This document shows positions 60,637 to 64,000 of a stretch of DNA of 64,000 nt, piece by piece (the stretch's first letter is position 1; every line of letters starts with the position of its first letter). Source of the DNA: Noviherbaspirillum sp. (GTDB lineage: Bacteria > Pseudomonadota > Gammaproteobacteria > Burkholderiales > Burkholderiaceae_D). The stretch covers positions 17,604-81,603 of the forward strand of contig NZ_DATFAI010000043.1 in NCBI RefSeq assembly GCF_035254685.1. The letters run 5' to 3'. A program made the translations under genes and the position numbers. Below the pieces are notes generated by a model. That model ran no database searches. It saw only the letters and a program-made list of their open reading frames with translations, and had not been told where the DNA came from.

Positions 60637-61407
60637 ATGGCGGGCTGGCGCAATCGCATTTTCTGCGAAGATGCACTGCAGGGATTCGCGCGCATGCCGG
60701 ATGCGAGCATCGACCTGCTGATCGCCGATCCGCCCTATGGCCTCGGCAAGGATTACGGCAACGATTCCGACAAGCTCGATGCGGACGCCTACCTGCGCTG
60801 GACCGAGCAATGGGTCGATGCGGCGCTGCCGAAACTGAAACCAAACGGCAGCATGTACATCTTCCTGACCTGGCGTTATTCGCCGGAGATCTTCGTCATG
60901 CTCAAACAGCGCATGACGATGATCAACGAAATCATCTGGGATCGCAGGGTGCCGTCCATGGGCGGCAGCACGCGCAAGTTTTCGTCAGTGCACGACACGA
61001 TCGGTTTTTTTGCGAAGGCGAGGGATTATTATTTTGACCTCGACGCCGTGCGCATTCCGTACGATGCTGAGACCAAGAAGGCCCGCTCGCGCTCGATTTT
61101 CGTCGGCGCCAAGTGGCTGGAAATTGGCTACAACCCGAAAGATGTATGGAGCGTGTCGCGCCTGCACCGCGAACATCGCGAGCGCGCCGACCATCCGACG
61201 CAGAAGCCGCTGGAAATCGTCGAGCGCATGGTGAAAGCCTCCTGCCCTCCCGGCGGCGTCGTGCTCGACCCTTTCATGGGCAGCGGGACCACGGCAGTCG
61301 CCGCGAAACGATGCGGTCGGGAATTCGTCGGATTCGAGCTCAACCCGGAATACTGTGAATTGATTGAAAATCGCCTGTCGGAACTCGACAAGCCGGAAGC
61401 TGCATAA
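60637..61407 (+). CDS. Orphan beta-class N6-adenine DNA methyltransferase, probably the Burkholderiales GTWWAC type
   Basis: Motif IV DPPY precedes motif I DPFMGSGT; HPTQKP; no cognate restriction endonuclease adjacent. Confidence 0.88.
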   Translation: MAGWRNRIFCEDALQGFARMPDASIDLLIADPPYGLGKDYGNDSDKLDADAYLRWTEQWVDAALPKLKPNGSMYIFLTWRYSPEIFVMLKQRMTMINEIIWDRRVPSMGGSTRKFSSVHDTIGFFAKARDYYFDLDAVRIPYDAETKKARSRSIFVGAKWLEIGYNPKDVWSVSRLHREHRERADHPTQKPLEIVERMVKASCPPGGVVLDPFMGSGTTAVAAKRCGREFVGFELNPEYCELIENRLSELDKPEAA

Positions 61408-61418
61408 AGAAAAACATC

Positions 61419-62504
61419 ATGTCCCTGATTGAAAACATCATTCGCCCTGAAGTCCGCGCACTCGCGGCCTACCATGTGCCAGACGCCAGCGGTTTTGTGA
61501 AGCTGGACGCGATGGAAAACCCGTACACACTGCCGGAGAGCCTGCGCGCCGAGCTCGCGCAGCGCCTGGGCGACGTTGCCATGAACCGATACCCAGTGCC
61601 GTCCTACGCTGCACTGAAGGAAAAGATCTGCAGCAAGCTTGGCGTGCCGGAGGGGTTCGATGTCATTCTGGGCAATGGCTCGGACGAGCTGATCAGCATC
61701 ATGTCGGTCGCCTGTGCAAAACCGGGCGCGAAGGTGCTGGCGCCGACGCCGGGGTTTGTCATGTACGCAATGTCTGCCAGATTCGCGGGCATGGAATTCG
61801 TTGGCGTGCCCCTCAAGCCGGATTTCGCGCTCGACAAGCCGGCCATGCTGGCGGCCATTGCGCAGCATAAACCTGCCGTTACCTATCTCGCCTATCCGAA
61901 CAACCCGACCGGCAACCTGTTCAACGCGGACGACATGGTGGAAATCGTCCGGGCCGTGGGTGATTCCGGCATCGTTGTCGTCGATGAGGCCTATCAGCCT
62001 TTTGCTCAGGCGAGTTTCATGCCGCGCCTTGCCGAATTTGGTAATCTGGTCGTGATGCGAACCGTCTCCAAGCTCGGGCTGGCCGGAATTCGCCTCGGCT
62101 ACATGTCTGCTGCCAAGAATCTGCTGACTGAGTTCGACAAGGTGCGTCCGCCATACAACGTGAACGTGCTGAGCCAGGCAGCAGCAGAATTTGTGCTTGA
62201 CCATGTTGAGGTGCTGGATGCACAGGCTGCAGCGTTGTGCAATGAGCGAACCAGATTAATGGCGGAACTGGCTGCCCTGCCAGGGGTTGAAATTTTCCCT
62301 TCAGCAGCAAATTTCCTGCTGATCAGAATAGAAACGCAAAAAATTCATGCTGACGATGTCTTTTCTGCATTGTTAGACCGTAAGGTTTTGATCAAAAATG
62401 TCGGTAAAATGCACCCATTGCTGGAAAACTGCTTACGGGTTACTGTCAGCACACCAGAAGAAAACCAAGTATTCCTTGACGCCCTGAAGGCGTCGCTCGC
62501 TTAG
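61419..62504 (+). CDS. hisC: Histidinol-phosphate aminotransferase
   Basis: [24 protein letters not shown] and [14 protein letters not shown]. Confidence 0.96.
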   Translation: MSLIENIIRPEVRALAAYHVPDASGFVKLDAMENPYTLPESLRAELAQRLGDVAMNRYPVPSYAALKEKICSKLGVPEGFDVILGNGSDELISIMSVACAKPGAKVLAPTPGFVMYAMSARFAGMEFVGVPLKPDFALDKPAMLAAIAQHKPAVTYLAYPNNPTGNLFNADDMVEIVRAVGDSGIVVVDEAYQPFAQASFMPRLAEFGNLVVMRTVSKLGLAGIRLGYMSAAKNLLTEFDKVRPPYNVNVLSQAAAEFVLDHVEVLDAQAAALCNERTRLMAELAALPGVEIFPSAANFLLIRIETQKIHADDVFSALLDRKVLIKNVGKMHPLLENCLRVTVSTPEENQVFLDALKASLA

Positions 62505-62527
62505 CCACTTAGCCGTACCCACTTAAC

Positions 62528-63124
62528 ATGCCCACGTCACGCGTTGCAGAGGTCACTCGCAATACCAACGAGACGCAAATCCGCGTCGCGATCAACCTCG
62601 ACGGCACCGGCCAGCAGAAGCTGAACACCGGTGTGCCGTTCCTCGACCACATGCTCGACCAGATTGCACGGCATGGGCTGATCGACCTCGACATCGAAGC
62701 CAAGGGCGACCTGCATATCGATGCACACCACACCGTCGAAGACGTCGGCATTACACTCGGCCAGGCGTTTGCCAAGGCCATCGGCGACAAGAAAGGCATC
62801 CGCCGCTACGGCCATGCCTATGTGCCGCTGGATGAGGCTCTGTCGCGGGTCGTGGTCGATTTCTCCGGCCGTCCCGGGCTGGAATTCCACGTTCCTTTCA
62901 AGCGCTCGATGATCGGCACTTTCGACGTCGATCTCACGCACGAGTTTTTCCAGGGTTTCGTCAACCACGCGCTGGTCACCTTGCACGTCGATAACCTGCG
63001 AGGCGAAAATGCGCACCATCAGTGCGAAACCGTGTTCAAGGCCTTCGGCCGCGCATTGCGCATGGCCGCCGAACTTGATCCGCGTGCGGCGGGGACGATA
63101 CCCTCGACGAAAGGCAGCCTGTAA
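62528..63124 (+). CDS. hisB: Imidazoleglycerol-phosphate dehydratase
   Basis: FLDHML, HHTVED and NAHHQCE. Confidence 0.97.
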   Translation: MPTSRVAEVTRNTNETQIRVAINLDGTGQQKLNTGVPFLDHMLDQIARHGLIDLDIEAKGDLHIDAHHTVEDVGITLGQAFAKAIGDKKGIRRYGHAYVPLDEALSRVVVDFSGRPGLEFHVPFKRSMIGTFDVDLTHEFFQGFVNHALVTLHVDNLRGENAHHQCETVFKAFGRALRMAAELDPRAAGTIPSTKGSL

Positions 63125-63163
63125 AAACGTGACGCCCCCGGCGTTGCGATTTCATTTTCTGAC

Positions 63164-63802
63164 ATGAACAAGATCGTTGTTGTAGATTACGGCATGGGCA
63201 ACCTGCGCTCGGTGGCGCAGGCGCTGCGGCATGTCGCTCCTGAGGCCGACGTCCGTATTTCCGGTGAGCTCGCTGACATCAGGTCCGCAGACCGCCTCGT
63301 CCTGCCGGGCCAGGGTGCCATGCCGGATTGCATGCGCTGCCTGCGCGACTCCGGCCTGCAGGAAGCGGTGGTCGAATCGACCCGCACCAAGCCCATGCTC
63401 GGTGTGTGCGTAGGTGAGCAGTTACTGTTCGACTGGAGCGAAGAGGGCGACACGCCGGGCATCGGTTTGCTGCCCGGCAAAGTAGTGCGCTTCCGGCTCG
63501 AAGGGATGCTGCAAGAGGACGGATCGCGCTTCAAGGTGCCGCAGATGGGCTGGAACCGCGTGCAACAAACGTTGTCCCATCCGCTGTGGAATGGCATTGC
63601 CGATAACAGTTACTTCTATTTCGTGCACAGCTATTACGCAGTGCCCGCCGAACGAAAACATATAGCGGGCGAAACCACCTACGGCGTACCGTTCGCGTGT
63701 GCTGTTGCAAAAGACAATATTTTCGCTACCCAGTTTCATCCGGAAAAAAGCGCAACTGCCGGCTTGCAGTTGTACAAGAATTTTGTTCACTGGAATCCGT
63801 AG
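63164..63802 (+). CDS. hisH: Imidazole glycerol phosphate synthase amidotransferase subunit
   Basis: DYGMGNL, LPGQG, GVCVG, PQMGWN and QFHPEKS. Confidence 0.96.
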   Translation: MNKIVVVDYGMGNLRSVAQALRHVAPEADVRISGELADIRSADRLVLPGQGAMPDCMRCLRDSGLQEAVVESTRTKPMLGVCVGEQLLFDWSEEGDTPGIGLLPGKVVRFRLEGMLQEDGSRFKVPQMGWNRVQQTLSHPLWNGIADNSYFYFVHSYYAVPAERKHIAGETTYGVPFACAVAKDNIFATQFHPEKSATAGLQLYKNFVHWNP

Positions 63803-63855
63803 TCGGGAAATCGTTGTTCATCATTAATTAACCTCAATGCATCCTTAATGTAGCC

Positions 63856-64000
63856 ATGCTGCTCATACCTGCCATCGACCTCAAGGACGGTCATTGCGTG
63901 CGCCTGAAACAGGGCGATATGGACCAAGCCACCGTGTTTTCCGATGACCCCGGCCAGACGGCGCGACATTGGCTGGCCCATGGCGCCCGAAGGCTGCACC
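63856..64000 (+). CDS. hisA: HisA (ProFAR isomerase), 5' part only, cut by the window end
   Basis: [20 protein letters not shown]...ARRLH. Confidence 0.92.
   Translation, partial: MLLIPAIDLKDGHCVRLKQGDMDQATVFSDDPGQTARHWLAHGARRLH

Noticed and set aside
60637-61407. Methyltransferase as part of a restriction-modification or anti-phage island
   Set aside because: Flanked tightly by hisD and hisC, with no nuclease, integrase or other defence gene nearby

Overview
A GC-rich, gene-dense window of mostly core chromosome from a betaproteobacterium. The gene order suggests Burkholderiales, most likely Oxalobacteraceae (Noviherbaspirillum/Herbaspirillum-like); this assignment is inference. Order: cutA-dsbD, corA-like, hemB, anti-hemB-type sRNA, engB, cytochrome c4, ECF sigma module, msrPQ, lysA-lptM, cyaY, mrcA, pilMNOPQ-Ig lipoprotein-aroKB-dgt, ECH, hpf-rpoN-lptBAC-kdsCD, CPA2 antiporter, AEC transporter, acyP, uvrA, MFS, ssb, PAS-GGDEF-EAL, HDOD, DUF2726, RAYT-like HUH nuclease, gltBD, mlaFEDACB, yadGH-like ABC, ibaG, murA, then hisGD-[REP, MTase]-hisCBHA (hisA truncated by the window edge). 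I saw no rRNA, tRNA, CRISPR array, prophage or complete IS. The most notable non-routine signals are: (1) an 82-codon in-frame scar fusing the ResB N-terminus to the CcsA/ResC C-terminus, meaning cytochrome c maturation System II was deleted at its usual locus; (2) a solitary RAYT-like HUH/Y1 nuclease with an AT-hook-like tail, directly upstream of gltBD and followed by two 19-bp direct repeats; (3) a multi-Ig-domain lipoprotein translationally coupled into the pilQ-aroK operon; (4) a GTWWAC-type orphan methyltransferase inside the his operon next to a REP, with GTWWAC sites on a predicted ECF -10 element and on a palindrome inside rpoN; (5) a perfect 21-bp inverted repeat in the uvrA leader. 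All family assignments come from motif recognition, not database searches.
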